DNA of 64,000 nt from Planctomycetota bacterium (GCA_038060895.1 JBBTCT010000022.1:192001-256000), one strand, 5' to 3'. Shown: positions 25,959-36,531, numbered from the stretch's first letter. Notes: generated by a model from the letters alone, not told the origin. Translations and numbers: made by a program.

Positions 25959-27362
25959 TCAGGCCACGGGACCGCTCCCGTGGCCTGGCCGCGTTTCCAC
26001 GGCGCCGTTGCGGTTCGCGAGGTCTTTGAGCGACACCGCCGCCAGCGCATCGGTCGCGCGCGCTTCGGCCTGGTCCACCAGCTGGTAAACGGCGGCCGCT
26101 TCCGTCCCGTTCGGAAGCGTGTACGCGTCGCCGGCGGTCCTCATCGCGTGCAGGACGTCGCGCGCCGAGAGCTTTGAGGGGTCGCGCGCCGGCATGTACC
26201 CCGGGTCCTTGTTCCCGCCCAGGCCGACTTCACGGAGTATCCCCTTCTCTGCAAGCTGATAGAGGATGTCGTGCACGACGCGCACGGGCGCGTTCATGCC
26301 GGCCGCGATGACTTCGGCCGTGGGCGGCGGCGCGCCGATTTCGAAGGGCCTGACGGTCTGGATCGCGATCACGAGGGACAGCCTGTCGCGGTCGGCGGTG
26401 CTGATCTTCACGGCATCGATCTCGCGCTTGTACGTGTCCACGTGCTGCGCGGCGAAGGCGACTTCGGCGCCGAAGAGGACGACGACCCAGGAGAGGTAAA
26501 TCCAGAGAAGAAAGACCGGAACCGAGCCGAGCGACCCGTAAAACGCGTACGACGTCACGATCTTCGTGTTGTACCAGACGTAGGCGCTCTTCATGCCTTC
26601 CCAGCACGTCCCCGCCACCAGCGCGCCCGTCAGCGCCGCCCGGAACTGGACCTTGGTGTTGGGCATGATGAGGTAGATGCCCGTGAAGAGTCCCCAGGCG
26701 AAGAGGAACGGCGCGAGGGTCAGCGTGAAGACGCCGAAGAACGGGACGTGTTCGGTCAGCCAGGTATAGAGACCGTTGCTCTGCACGAACGTCGTCGCGG
26801 CGACGGAAGCGACGAGGAGGATCGGGCTCAGGGTGAGGATCGTCCAGTACACCATGAAGCGCCGGAGGAACGGCCGGTGAGTCTTGACGCCCCAGATCTT
26901 GTTGAAGGTCTTCTCGATCGTCTGCATGAGCGAGAGGGCGGTGTAGAGCAGCGCGAGGAACCCGACGACGCCGATGGCGGCCGCGTTGATGTTCGCGACG
27001 AAGGAGTCGATCGTAGTGACGACCTTGTCGCCGACCTCAGGAGTGATGTAGCGGAGCAGGTAGTCTTTCGCCTTGCCTGAAACTCCCGACAGCCCCCCGA
27101 ATCCCTTGAACATCGAGAGCACGACGGCGAGAAGGGGCACGAGTGCGAAGATCAGCTGGTAGGTCAGCGCCGCGGAGAGGAGGAAGACGTCGCTTCGCAT
27201 CGAGCCTTCGACCGTGAGCGTGCCCATCCGCAGCATGTGGTACCCGAAGCGGCGGATGCGGCTCTCGGGTTTGTGGAGCCAGATGTCGCGCTTGAAGAAG
27301 TCCTCGATCTGCTTCCAGCGCAGGGCCAGTCGCTCGCCGAGGCTCGCGGTTTCGTTGGGCAC
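25959..27362 (-). CDS. YihY/BrkB family membrane protein with an Rrf2-like C-terminus
   Basis: SAALTY..IFALVPLL, YGSLGSVPVFLLWIYLSW..VLFGAE; GTG start inferred. Confidence 0.88.
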   Translation of the reverse strand: MPNETASLGERLALRWKQIEDFFKRDIWLHKPESRIRRFGYHMLRMGTLTVEGSMRSDVFLLSAALTYQLIFALVPLLAVVLSMFKGFGGLSGVSGKAKDYLLRYITPEVGDKVVTTIDSFVANINAAAIGVVGFLALLYTALSLMQTIEKTFNKIWGVKTHRPFLRRFMVYWTILTLSPILLVASVAATTFVQSNGLYTWLTEHVPFFGVFTLTLAPFLFAWGLFTGIYLIMPNTKVQFRAALTGALVAGTCWEGMKSAYVWYNTKIVTSYAFYGSLGSVPVFLLWIYLSWVVVLFGAEVAFAAQHVDTYKREIDAVKISTADRDRLSLVIAIQTVRPFEIGAPPPTAEVIAAGMNAPVRVVHDILYQLAEKGILREVGLGGNKDPGYMPARDPSKLSARDVLHAMRTAGDAYTLPNGTEAAAVYQLVDQAEARATDALAAVSLKDLANRNGAVETRPGHGSGPVA

Positions 27363-27457
27363 GGGCGGGAGTCTATCACGGGGAACCCGGGTCCTCTTCG
27401 ACGGGCCGGGCCGGCGGTGGTAGCGTCTGGCGACCCCGAGTGAGGAGGACTTTCGCC

Positions 27458-28633
27458 ATGGCAGCCGCTGCGCGAGGGGTCGTGGGCCTGAGGATCGGGA
27501 TCCCGCTGGAGACATCGCCCGACGAGCGCCGGGTGGCGATCGTCCCGGAGACGGTGCGCAAGCTTGCGGCGAAGAAGCTGGAGTTCGTCGTGCAGGCGGG
27601 GGCGGGGGAGGGGTCGTTCCTGCCGGACGCGGAGTATGTGACGGCGGGGGCGAAGATCGCTGCGACCGCGGAAGAGCTGTATGGCGCTGTTGATGCCGTC
27701 GCGAAGGTCAACGAACCTTCAGTCGAAGAAGTCGCGAAGCTGCGCGAAGGGACGGCGCTGGTGTCGCTGCTCTACCCGCTCTCCAATCTCCCGCTCGTGA
27801 AGCTCCTGAACGACCGGAAGATCACGGCGATCTCGCTCGACATGATTCCGCGGACGACGCTCGCGCAGTCGATGGACGTGCTGAGCTCGCAGGCGAACAT
27901 CGCGGGGTACTGGGCGGTGGTCGCCGCGGCGACGCGGCTGCCGAAGTACTTCCCGATGCTGATGACGGCGGCGGGGACGCTGATGCCCGCCAAGGTGCTG
28001 GTCATGGGCGTGGGCGTCGCGGGGCTTCAGGCGATCGGGACGGCGCGGCGGCTGGGCGCGGTCGTTGAAGCGACGGACGTGCGGCCCGAGACGAAGGAGC
28101 AGGTCGAGTCGCTGGGAGGGAAGTTCCTGCAGGTGCAGGGTGTCGAGGTGAAGCAGGCGCAGGGCGGTTACGCGCAGGAGCAGTCGGAGGAGTTCAAGAA
28201 GAAGCAGGCGGAACTCATCAGCGCGGCGATCGGGAAGGCGGACGTCGTCATCACCACGGCGCTCATCCCCGGCCGCAAGGCGCCGATCCTCGTCACGGAG
28301 GAACACGTCCGCTCGATGAAGCCGGGGTCCGTCATCGTCGACCTGGCCGCGAGGCAGGGTGGAAACGTCGCCGGCTGCGAACCCGGGCGGGACGTCGTGA
28401 AAAACGGCGTGCTCATCATGGGCCCCACGAACGCCCCTTCCAATCTCGCCCAGCACGCGAGCCTTACGTTCTCGCGCAACATCGAGAAGCTGCTGCTGCA
28501 CATCACGGCGGACGGGGCGTGGAAGCTGAACCTGAACGAGGAAATCACGAAGGGATGCGTCATCACACGGGAGGGACAGGTGGCCAACGCGAAGGTGCTG
28601 GAGGCCGTTACGAAAGCGGGAGGCGCGCCATGA
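27458..28633 (+). CDS. pntA: NAD(P) transhydrogenase subunit alpha, part 1
   Basis: ERRVAIVP, AQSMDVLSSQANIAGY, GVGVAGLQAI. Confidence 0.95.
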   Translation: MAAAARGVVGLRIGIPLETSPDERRVAIVPETVRKLAAKKLEFVVQAGAGEGSFLPDAEYVTAGAKIAATAEELYGAVDAVAKVNEPSVEEVAKLREGTALVSLLYPLSNLPLVKLLNDRKITAISLDMIPRTTLAQSMDVLSSQANIAGYWAVVAAATRLPKYFPMLMTAAGTLMPAKVLVMGVGVAGLQAIGTARRLGAVVEATDVRPETKEQVESLGGKFLQVQGVEVKQAQGGYAQEQSEEFKKKQAELISAAIGKADVVITTALIPGRKAPILVTEEHVRSMKPGSVIVDLAARQGGNVAGCEPGRDVVKNGVLIMGPTNAPSNLAQHASLTFSRNIEKLLLHITADGAWKLNLNEEITKGCVITREGQVANAKVLEAVTKAGGAP

Positions 28634-28923
28634 CCGAGCCGATCCTGTCGGGGCTGTTCGTGTTTATGCTCGCGGCCTTCATGGGGTACGCGGTGATCTC
28701 GAAGGTCCCCGCGCTTCTTCACACGCCGCTCATGTCGTTCACCAACGCGATCTCCGGCATCTCGCTCGTGGCGTCGCTCGTCGCGGCGGGAAGCGACTGG
28801 GGCCTGGCCGCGCGCATCCTCGGCGTCGTCGCCGTCACGGCCGCGACGATCAACGTCGTCGGCGGCTTCTTGATCACCGACCGGATGCTGAAAATGTTCC
28901 GCAAGAAGCCGGGGGCGAAGTGA
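28630..28923 (+). CDS. pntA: NAD(P) transhydrogenase subunit alpha, part 2
   Basis: VPALLHTPLMSFTNAISG, NVVGGFLITDRML. Confidence 0.95.
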   Translation: MTEPILSGLFVFMLAAFMGYAVISKVPALLHTPLMSFTNAISGISLVASLVAAGSDWGLAARILGVVAVTAATINVVGGFLITDRMLKMFRKKPGAK

Positions 28924-30383
28924 CGCCAGCTCTTCTCGCGGCGGGAACGGCCGGCATGGAAGGGCGGCAGCTCTTCACGGCCGCGGCGTACCTCGCGGCG
29001 AGCTTCCTCTTCATTTACGGCATCGTCTGCCTGACGCATCCCGACCGCGCGCGCCGCGGGAACACGATGGCGGCGTTGGGGATGCTGCTGGCGGTCGCGG
29101 GGACGCTGGTGGTGCAGGGCCTCAGCTACGAATGGATCGCCGGCGGGATCCTGCTCGGCTCGGCCATCGGGGTGCCGATGGGGCTGAAGATCCCGATGAC
29201 GAAGATGCCGGAGCGGATCGCGCTTTCGCACGCGTTCGGCGGGCTCGCGGTCGCCCTGGTGGGCGTCATCTACTACATCCACGAAAGCGGATTCGCGGCG
29301 CACGGCCGTGTGGACAGGTTTCACATGGGCGCGGTCGGCTTCGAAGTGCTGATGGGGGCGATCACCTTTACGGGGTCGCTGATGGCGTTCGGGAAGCTGC
29401 AGGGTTTTCTCCCCGGCAAGCCGACCGTGTTCCCGATGCAGAACGCGATCACCGTCGGGGCGCTTCTCGCAGCTGCGGGAATGGTCGTGTTCCTCGTCGC
29501 GCGGCCCGCCTCGATCTCCATCGGCGCCGCCGACGCCGTCTTCTACCTCACGCTCGGCGTCGCCTTCCTCCTCGGCGTGCTTCTCGTTCTCCCCATCGGC
29601 GGCGCCGACATGCCCGTCGTCATCTGTCTCCTGAATTCCTACGCAGGGCTCGCCGCTTCCGCCTCCGGCTTCGCCCTCGACAACAAGGTCCTCATCATCT
29701 GCGGCGCCCTCGACGGCGGCTCCGGCTTCATTCTCGCCATGGTCATGAGCAATGCGATGAACCGCTCGTTCGCCAACGTGCTGTTCGGGGCGTTCGGAAG
29801 CGACGCGGGCCCCGCGAAGTCTTCGGCGGGCGGAACAGCGGCGAACGTCAACGAGGCGTCCGTCGAGGAAGCGTCGGAGCTGCTCAGGAGCGCGGGGTCG
29901 CTCATCATCGTCCCCGGCTACGGCATGGCCGTCGCGCAGGCCCAGCACGCGGTCCGCGAAATCGCTTCGCTCCTCGAGAAAACCGGCGCGCGCGTCCGCT
30001 ACGCGATCCACCCGGTCGCAGGCCGCATGCCGGGCCACATGAACGTCCTCCTCGCCGAAGCGAACGTCCCCTACGACCAGCTCTACGACCTCGACCAGAT
30101 CAACGACGATTTCGTGAACACCGACGTCGTCCTCGTCGTCGGCGCCAACGACGTCGTCAATCCCGCCGCGAAAACGTCGCCGGGCAGCCCGATCTTCGGC
30201 ATGCCCGTCTTCAACTGCGAGCAGTCGAAAGCCGTCATCGTCCTCAAGCGTTCCATGAACCCGGGCTTCGCCGGCATCGAGAACGAACTCTTCATCCACC
30301 CGCGCACGGTCATGGTCTTCGGCGACGCCAAACAGACGCTCCAGAAAGTGGCCACCGAGCTGAAATCCACGGCGGGGCATTGA
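28920..30383 (+). CDS. pntB: NAD(P) transhydrogenase subunit beta
   Basis: PIGGADMPVV, HPVAGRMPGHMNVLLAEA. Confidence 0.96.
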   Translation: MTPALLAAGTAGMEGRQLFTAAAYLAASFLFIYGIVCLTHPDRARRGNTMAALGMLLAVAGTLVVQGLSYEWIAGGILLGSAIGVPMGLKIPMTKMPERIALSHAFGGLAVALVGVIYYIHESGFAAHGRVDRFHMGAVGFEVLMGAITFTGSLMAFGKLQGFLPGKPTVFPMQNAITVGALLAAAGMVVFLVARPASISIGAADAVFYLTLGVAFLLGVLLVLPIGGADMPVVICLLNSYAGLAASASGFALDNKVLIICGALDGGSGFILAMVMSNAMNRSFANVLFGAFGSDAGPAKSSAGGTAANVNEASVEEASELLRSAGSLIIVPGYGMAVAQAQHAVREIASLLEKTGARVRYAIHPVAGRMPGHMNVLLAEANVPYDQLYDLDQINDDFVNTDVVLVVGANDVVNPAAKTSPGSPIFGMPVFNCEQSKAVIVLKRSMNPGFAGIENELFIHPRTVMVFGDAKQTLQKVATELKSTAGH

Positions 30384-30502
30384 GAGCGCGAGAAACAATC
30401 GAGCGCCGTCGGCAGTCGGACCTCGCTGCCCGGCGTCGGTACTGCTCGACTCCGCGCAGCGAGCCCCGACCGCGCGCCATCGCTCGCTTGTTTCTCACGC
30501 TC
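30384..30502. repeat. ~120-bp palindromic intergenic repeat, copy 1
   Basis: Terminal IR gagcgcgagaaaca/tgtttctcacgctc; similar to 50491-50615. Confidence 0.7.
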
Positions 30503-30522
30503 AGTGGGCCCCGTCGAGCCGC

Positions 30523-31389
30523 TTACGGCAGCCGCCACACGTCGAGCACGGTGAGGTCGTCCGAAGGTGGCGCGATCCCCCGGTGGTGCAGAACCGCGTT
30601 GACGACTTCCTGCGCCATCCCGCCGGCGTCCTTCCGGCCGCCGCGCATGATCGCCTTGAAGAGCTGGCCGTCGCCGAACTCGTTCGCGTTGACGTCCATG
30701 GCCTCGTTGACGCCGTCCGTGTGGAACAGAAGGTGCTCGCCCGGCGCGAGGGGAATCTCGCGCTCGACCAGCGCGCGTTCGAAGGCGCTTCCCCGCACGA
30801 GCCCGATCGCGGGGCCGTTGACCAGGACGGTTTCGACCAGCGGGCGCTTCTGGAGCGTCGTCCAGAGCAGGGGAGGATTGTGGCCGCAGTTGACGACGGA
30901 AACCGAACCCCGCTTCGGGTCGAGGATCCCGTAGGCCAGCGTCAGGAAGATCCCGGCCGGGAGGTCGGGAGCGATCCGCTCGCAGGCTTCGAGGACCGTC
31001 GCCCGCGGCGACGCCATCGCGGGCGCCAGCCCGTGAAACACCGTCCGGACCATGACCATGATCATCGCCGCCGAAACGCTCTTGCCGGAGACGTCGGCCA
31101 CGACGATTCCGAAGCGGCCGCCGCGGAGAGGCAGGACGTCGTAGTAGTCGCCGCCGACGTGGGTGGCGGGGAGGTACCGGGCGGCGAGGTCGAATCCGGG
31201 CACCGCGGGGAGCTGGCCCGGGAGGAGCCTGGACTGGATGAGGCGGGCGCGGTCGAGTTCGCTGGCCAGCATCGGGTCGGACTCGATCGGCTCCGCGAAC
31301 GTGCTCGGGAAGTCCGGGGGCGGCGTGAGGTCGCCGACGGCGCCGGAGTTGGAAGCGGCTCGGGAGGGGCGCTTTGGATCCTGTTTCAC
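30523..31389 (-). CDS. PP2C/SpoIIE-family protein phosphatase
   Basis: VGGDYYD, VADVSGK, HTDGVNE, DDLT. Confidence 0.92.
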   Translation of the reverse strand: MKQDPKRPSRAASNSGAVGDLTPPPDFPSTFAEPIESDPMLASELDRARLIQSRLLPGQLPAVPGFDLAARYLPATHVGGDYYDVLPLRGGRFGIVVADVSGKSVSAAMIMVMVRTVFHGLAPAMASPRATVLEACERIAPDLPAGIFLTLAYGILDPKRGSVSVVNCGHNPPLLWTTLQKRPLVETVLVNGPAIGLVRGSAFERALVEREIPLAPGEHLLFHTDGVNEAMDVNANEFGDGQLFKAIMRGGRKDAGGMAQEVVNAVLHHRGIAPPSDDLTVLDVWRLP

Positions 31390-31608
31390 GTGGAGAGGTC
31401 CGAAAGAGGCCTTCGGGCGGCAAGGCGCGCGAGGGGGAGGGGCCGGATGTTCAGGACTGGACGGGGAAGTGGGGGTGTTTTGTGATCAATAAGGATTTTA
31501 CTATTTTTAAGCATATCACAGGATGCTATTTGAAGGAATTGCCGGTGTTCCTGTTCCACCTCTTCTCGTGCCAAACCGACCCCCTGCCGCAGGTTATATT
31601 GTCTGCCC

Positions 31609-34600
31609 ATGCCCCCCCGTCCCGACGACCTGAAACAGGACCGCCTTGTCGCTTCCTTCCCCCGCGATAACAAGGGCCGCCCCGTCATCGGCGACGTCTC
31701 CCTCCTGCGCAGGATCGGCGTCGGCGGCATGGGAAGCGTCTACCTCGGCCGCCAGGGCGCCCTCCGGCGCGAAGTCGCCGTCAAAATCCTGCCCTTCACC
31801 CTCGTCGAGGCCGACCCCGGCCTTGCGCGCCGCTTCGCCTCCGAAGCGCGCCTCGCGGCCAAACTTGAAAGCGACCACGTGGTGCGCGTCTACGGCGCGG
31901 GCATCCAGCACCGGACGCACTTCTTCGTCATGCAGTACGTCCCCGGCGAGAGCGCGGGGCAGTACCTGAAGCGGTCGCTGGAGGAGGAGGAGTTCATTCC
32001 CGAGGACGTGGCGCTCGAGATCACGATTGCCGCGACGAAGGGGCTGGCGGCGGCGCACGACAAGGGGATCATTCACCGGGACGTGAAGCCGGACAACATC
32101 CTGATCCCGGAGGGAGACTTCGAGGGCGCGAAATTGGCGGATCTCGGGCTCGCGAAGCCCGAAGGCTCCATGCAGACGTTCGGGACGCTGTCGAACGTCG
32201 CGATGGGAACGCCGGGGTTCATGGCGCCGGAGCAGGCGGAGAACGCGAAGTCGGCGGGCCCCGCCGCGGACGTCTTCGCGATGGGCGCCACCTTTTACGC
32301 CCTCCTGATGGGCGGCCCGCCGTTCCGCGGATCGAGCCTCGTCGCCGTGATCCGAGCCGCCATGGAAGAAGACCATCCGCCGCTGCCGGACACCGTGAGC
32401 GGCGGCATCCGCTGGGTGATCGACCGCTGCCTCTGCAAGAACCCGAAGGACCGCTTCCGCGACGGCTCGGAACTGCTCGCGGCGCTTCTGCGCGTGCAGA
32501 AGAACCCGAATGCCACGATGGCGAAGCAGCGGAGCGTGGTGGAGCACATTCCGGAAAAGAAGCGGAGCAAGGCGCCGCTCTGGGCGGGGGCGACGTTGCT
32601 GGCCGCGGGGCTGCTGGTTGCGGGGTTCTGGTACCTGAGGCACCGCAGGGGCAACGAAGCGCCGCCGGAGCCGCCGCGGGACATGGCGGCAGAGAAGCTC
32701 GACGAGCTTTTCGCGCAGGCCGCGAAGCAGGAAACGGCGGGGAGGCACGAGGACGCGCTCTCGACGCTGACGCGGGTTGCGGCGTACGCGCCCGACGACC
32801 GGCGGCTGAGGGAGATGCGGGAGAGGATCGGCGAGAAGATCGTCGCGGCAAAGGCCGCTTCCGAAAAGTCCGCCTCTTACCGCTCGTACCTGCCGGCGGC
32901 CGATGCGACGCGGCTGGCGGCCGACGCGGCGGACACGGTCGAGCTGTGGGACAAGATGCTGGAGGCCTGCGCGAAGCTCGAGCCCTCGGCACAGACGGAT
33001 ACGGAAAAGCAGATGGTGGGGCAGATGAAGTCGGAAGCGACGCAGCGGCGTCACTGGGCGGCGGCGCGGGTGGCGGAAAAGGGAGGGGACCTGGCGGGGG
33101 CGCTTGAACTGGCGCGGAAGGCCGCGGCGTCGGGGGGCCCGAAGAACGATTTTCTCGACGCGTACATCGCTGCGATCGAACTGAAGGCGAAGGAGACGGA
33201 AGGGAAGCTCCGCAAGAAGAAGGAATTCGACGCGGCGGTGGCGGCGGCGGAGCGCGAGCCGGACGTCATGAAGGCGCGCGCGCTCTGGACGACCGCGGTC
33301 GGGCTCGCGGAGGATCCCGCGGACCTCAGCCGCGCCCAACTGAAACTGCGGGAGGTCACCGACCGGCTGCAGGGCGCCGAGCGCGACACGCTCTTCGACG
33401 CCGCGATGCGCGAAGGCAACGAGGCGCTCTCCTCCGGAAACCTTGACGCGGCCGCGAAGCGATTCCAGGACGCGCTGGATCTGAAGCCGGACGAACCGAA
33501 GGCGCTGGAGATGCAGCGTGCGGTGGCGGACCGGAGGGTGGCGAAGGAGTGGGAAGCGGTGCTGAAGGAGATCGAAGCGGCGAAAAAGGGCGGGGACCCG
33601 GCCGTATTGAAGCTGGCCTACCGGAAGGCACTGGCGTTGAAGGACGACCGGGACATCGCCCGGGCGCTGACGGAGCTCGAGAGCGAAGACACGGCCATCA
33701 AGCCGAAGGTCTCCGGCGACCGGATCGAGGCCGTCCTCGACGCCGGGAGCGGGGTGAAGATGGAGTTCGTAAAGGTCAAGCCGGGAACGTTCACGCTTGG
33801 GGCCTCCTCGGACGCCAGAAAGGTCATCCTGACGCGGGAATTCTTCATACAGTCCACCGAAGTGACGCAGGACCAGTGGGCCGCGATCATGGGGACCAAC
33901 CCTTCGTACTTCCGCGGGGGCAACCTCCCCGTCGAGCAGATCAGCTGGTACGACGCGATCGAATTCATCGAACGGCTCAATCTCCGCCTCGCCGGCTGGT
34001 CGGCAGCTCTTCCGTCAGTCGCGCAGTGGGAGTGCGCCTGCCGGGCGGGGTCAAAGTGGGACTGGGGCGCGGCCGAATCGCAGGAAGCGCTTGCCGAATT
34101 CGCGTGGCTCCCGAAGAACTCGGGCGAGAAGACGCATCCGGTGGGCGCGCTGAAGCCGAACGCCTGGGGGCTGTTCGACATGCAGGGGAACATCTGGGAA
34201 TTCTGCTGGGACTGGATGGCGCCCGTTCCGTCGACGCCGGAGCTGACCGATCCGGTCGGGCCTGCGTCGGGGACTCTCAAACACATCCGCGGCGGCTGCT
34301 ACAACGACGGAAACGCCGCCACCCCCGCGACGCGCAGCGAGGCCGATCCCCGCAAGCGCGTCGGGAGCGTCGGGTTCCGCATGATCCTGGTGCCTGGGAA
34401 GGAAGGCAATCCGCACCTGAAGCGGATGTCGGTGATGCTCGACGAATCGAAGAAGCTGCGGATGGACTTCGTCCACATCCGTTCCGGGAAGTTCGTGGCC
34501 GGCGCGCCCGGGAGCGTGAACCCCGACGCGGCCGCGCACTCCGTGACGATCACGGAGGACTACTGGATCTCCACGACGGAGACGACGCAGGCGCAGTGGG

Positions 34601-35109
34601 AGTCGATCGTCGGCCGGAAGACGTTTTCACGCCGGGCCGCGGACCTGCCCGCCGACACGCTGAGCTGGAACGATCTCCAGGATTTCACGAGGCGGCTCGC
34701 GTCGAAGACCGGCAAGCTCAAACCCGCTCTTCCGACGGAAGCCGAGTGGGAGTACGCCTGCCGGGGAGGCGCATCGAGCGTCTACCAGAGCGGCGACACG
34801 CTCGACCGCATTGGCGAGTTCGCGTGGCATGCGGCAAACGCGAAGGAAGCGCAGACGGTCGGGAAACTCCGGCCGAATTCCTGGGGCCTCTACGACATGG
34901 CCGGCAACGTCCGCGAGTGGTGCTCCGACTGGTACGCGCCGTACAGCGGCGACGCGACGGACCCGCACGGGCCGGACAAAGGGACCGAGCGGGTGATCCG
35001 CGGCGGCGCCTGGGACGAGCCGGCGTCGGCGACCGCTTCCGGCGCGCGCGCCCGGCTGGCGCCGGACAAGCGGATCCCGAACGTCGGGTTTCGCGTCGTG
35101 CTGCGGTAG
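31609..35109 (+). CDS. Ser/Thr protein kinase - TM - TPR - two FGE-sulfatase domains
   Basis: GVGGMG, VAVK, HRDVKPDN, GTPGFMAPEQ; two KPNxWGLxDMxGN..E...GFR domains. Confidence 0.92.
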   Translation: MPPRPDDLKQDRLVASFPRDNKGRPVIGDVSLLRRIGVGGMGSVYLGRQGALRREVAVKILPFTLVEADPGLARRFASEARLAAKLESDHVVRVYGAGIQHRTHFFVMQYVPGESAGQYLKRSLEEEEFIPEDVALEITIAATKGLAAAHDKGIIHRDVKPDNILIPEGDFEGAKLADLGLAKPEGSMQTFGTLSNVAMGTPGFMAPEQAENAKSAGPAADVFAMGATFYALLMGGPPFRGSSLVAVIRAAMEEDHPPLPDTVSGGIRWVIDRCLCKNPKDRFRDGSELLAALLRVQKNPNATMAKQRSVVEHIPEKKRSKAPLWAGATLLAAGLLVAGFWYLRHRRGNEAPPEPPRDMAAEKLDELFAQAAKQETAGRHEDALSTLTRVAAYAPDDRRLREMRERIGEKIVAAKAASEKSASYRSYLPAADATRLAADAADTVELWDKMLEACAKLEPSAQTDTEKQMVGQMKSEATQRRHWAAARVAEKGGDLAGALELARKAAASGGPKNDFLDAYIAAIELKAKETEGKLRKKKEFDAAVAAAEREPDVMKARALWTTAVGLAEDPADLSRAQLKLREVTDRLQGAERDTLFDAAMREGNEALSSGNLDAAAKRFQDALDLKPDEPKALEMQRAVADRRVAKEWEAVLKEIEAAKKGGDPAVLKLAYRKALALKDDRDIARALTELESEDTAIKPKVSGDRIEAVLDAGSGVKMEFVKVKPGTFTLGASSDARKVILTREFFIQSTEVTQDQWAAIMGTNPSYFRGGNLPVEQISWYDAIEFIERLNLRLAGWSAALPSVAQWECACRAGSKWDWGAAESQEALAEFAWLPKNSGEKTHPVGALKPNAWGLFDMQGNIWEFCWDWMAPVPSTPELTDPVGPASGTLKHIRGGCYNDGNAATPATRSEADPRKRVGSVGFRMILVPGKEGNPHLKRMSVMLDESKKLRMDFVHIRSGKFVAGAPGSVNPDAAAHSVTITEDYWISTTETTQAQWESIVGRKTFSRRAADLPADTLSWNDLQDFTRRLASKTGKLKPALPTEAEWEYACRGGASSVYQSGDTLDRIGEFAWHAANAKEAQTVGKLRPNSWGLYDMAGNVREWCSDWYAPYSGDATDPHGPDKGTERVIRGGAWDEPASATASGARARLAPDKRIPNVGFRVVLR

Positions 35110-35146
35110 GCTTGCATGACCGCCGCCCGCGCCGCTGAACTGCCGG

Positions 35147-35395
35147 GTGCAGCTCGAAACTTCTGCAGTGCGTCAGTTCGAGGCGCTCGAAGCGGCGGCG
35201 AAGGCGCGCATCAGCGACGCCATCGACGATCTTGCGGGGAATCCCAGGCCCGCGGGCGCGAAGAAGCTCGCGGGTACGACCGGGTACCGTGTCCGGACGG
35301 GGGATTGGCGCATTCTCTACACCGTGGACGATCCCGTCCGGCTGGTCCGCGTCTATCGCATCGGGAACCGACGGGACGCGCACAGAAACCTTTAA
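35147..35395 (+). CDS. relE: RelE/ParE family toxin, apparently orphan; start uncertain
   Basis: LAGNPRPAGAKKL, YRVRTGDWRILY. Confidence 0.8.
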   Translation: MQLETSAVRQFEALEAAAKARISDAIDDLAGNPRPAGAKKLAGTTGYRVRTGDWRILYTVDDPVRLVRVYRIGNRRDAHRNL

Positions 35396-35646
35396 GCCAC
35401 GTGCTCCACCATCCGCCGCGCCGCCGGCGCCGCGAGGTGCCGCGGGTAGCCGCCCTTCCGCAGAATCGCCCTCATGGCCACGTCGCACTCCCCGGGCAGC
35501 ATGACGCCCGAAACCGCGTCGCGAGCCGCTTCGGCGAGCCGCGCTGCGATGAGGCGAAGCAGGTCCTCGCCGAGCGTCGAAACTTCCGGCGCGAACGGGT
35601 CCAGCAGGTCGAAAATCGCGGACTCGAGTTCGGTCATCGCGGACAC
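35392..35646 (-). CDS. Hypothetical protein
   Basis: Short ORF convergent with relE. Confidence 0.4.
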   Translation of the reverse strand: MSAMTELESAIFDLLDPFAPEVSTLGEDLLRLIAARLAEAARDAVSGVMLPGECDVAMRAILRKGGYPRHLAAPAARRMVEHVA

Positions 35647-35721
35647 TCCGATGGATTGCGGCTGATCTCCTATCGGTTCAAATCCGCGCCAGCTTGAGGG
35701 GAAAAACCGGCTTGAGACGAC

Positions 35722-36201
35722 TCAGGCCATTCGAAGAGCCGACTCGAGCCGGTGAAGCCATCCCTTCAGGTCAATGGAGACGCCTCGGGCCGCGAACTCC
35801 AGCAATGCCGCGATCCGGTCGAGCAGCACCGGGACGTGAAGCCGCGTCAGCGTCTCTTCGTCCTCGGATTCGCACATGAGCCACTCGTACCCGCGTTCGT
35901 AGACGTAACCCATCCCGCATCCCGGGCAGCGGATCTCCTCGTAACAGCGGCTGTTCCCGCGCAGCCCCGGCGGGATGATCCGGGAGCACCCGGCGGGCAG
36001 CGACCCGGGATTCGAACTCCTCGATAGCACCGCGCTCGAATCCGGGACGTCGCGGCAGACGGCACAGGTCGCGGAAACGGGCGCCGCCTCGATGCGGGAA
36101 GCGCGGAAGGCGACGAGCGCCGCGCGCGCTTCCTCGACGGCCGGCGGATCGGGTCTGCGGATGACAGCATGAAGGGCGTCCAGCAGGCGGATCTGAGTCA
36201 T
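35722..36201 (-). CDS. Hypothetical protein with CxxC pairs
   Basis: CAVC and CPGC, a possible zinc site. Confidence 0.5.
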   Translation of the reverse strand: MTQIRLLDALHAVIRRPDPPAVEEARAALVAFRASRIEAAPVSATCAVCRDVPDSSAVLSRSSNPGSLPAGCSRIIPPGLRGNSRCYEEIRCPGCGMGYVYERGYEWLMCESEDEETLTRLHVPVLLDRIAALLEFAARGVSIDLKGWLHRLESALRMA

Positions 36202-36285
36202 GGCGTGTCCGGTTCTCGCGCGTGGACCGCGCCGACGCCGGACATGCTGAAGCTGAGGATGGCAACGCGGGTCATGATCGCGGCT

Positions 36286-36531
36286 TCAGGCGGGCGGAAG
36301 CGACTTGTGCGACCCATCGCAGAGGTGGCCGTTCTTCGAGTGCTTGCACATACAGAGGGCGACGCGCTCCTTCGCCGTGATCGTGAACACCTTCGGCGTG
36401 AAGATCGAGCCCTTGTGGGACCCGTCGCAGTACGGCTGCTTCTGTGAGGACCCGCACGAGCACCACGCGTAGGTTCCGGGGTCGACTTCGGCCACGGCGG
36501 GACGGCGATCGGCGATTTTCGGGTCGGGCAT
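36286..36531 (-). CDS. CDGSH iron-sulfur domain protein (tandem CDGSH, MiNT-like)
   Basis: WCSCGSSQKQPYCDGSH and LCMCKHSKNGHLCDGSH. Confidence 0.93.
   Translation of the reverse strand: MPDPKIADRRPAVAEVDPGTYAWCSCGSSQKQPYCDGSHKGSIFTPKVFTITAKERVALCMCKHSKNGHLCDGSHKSLPPA

Noticed and set aside
31481-31521. CRP-like TGTGA...TCACA site
   Set aside because: The half-sites are about 30 bp apart, not 6
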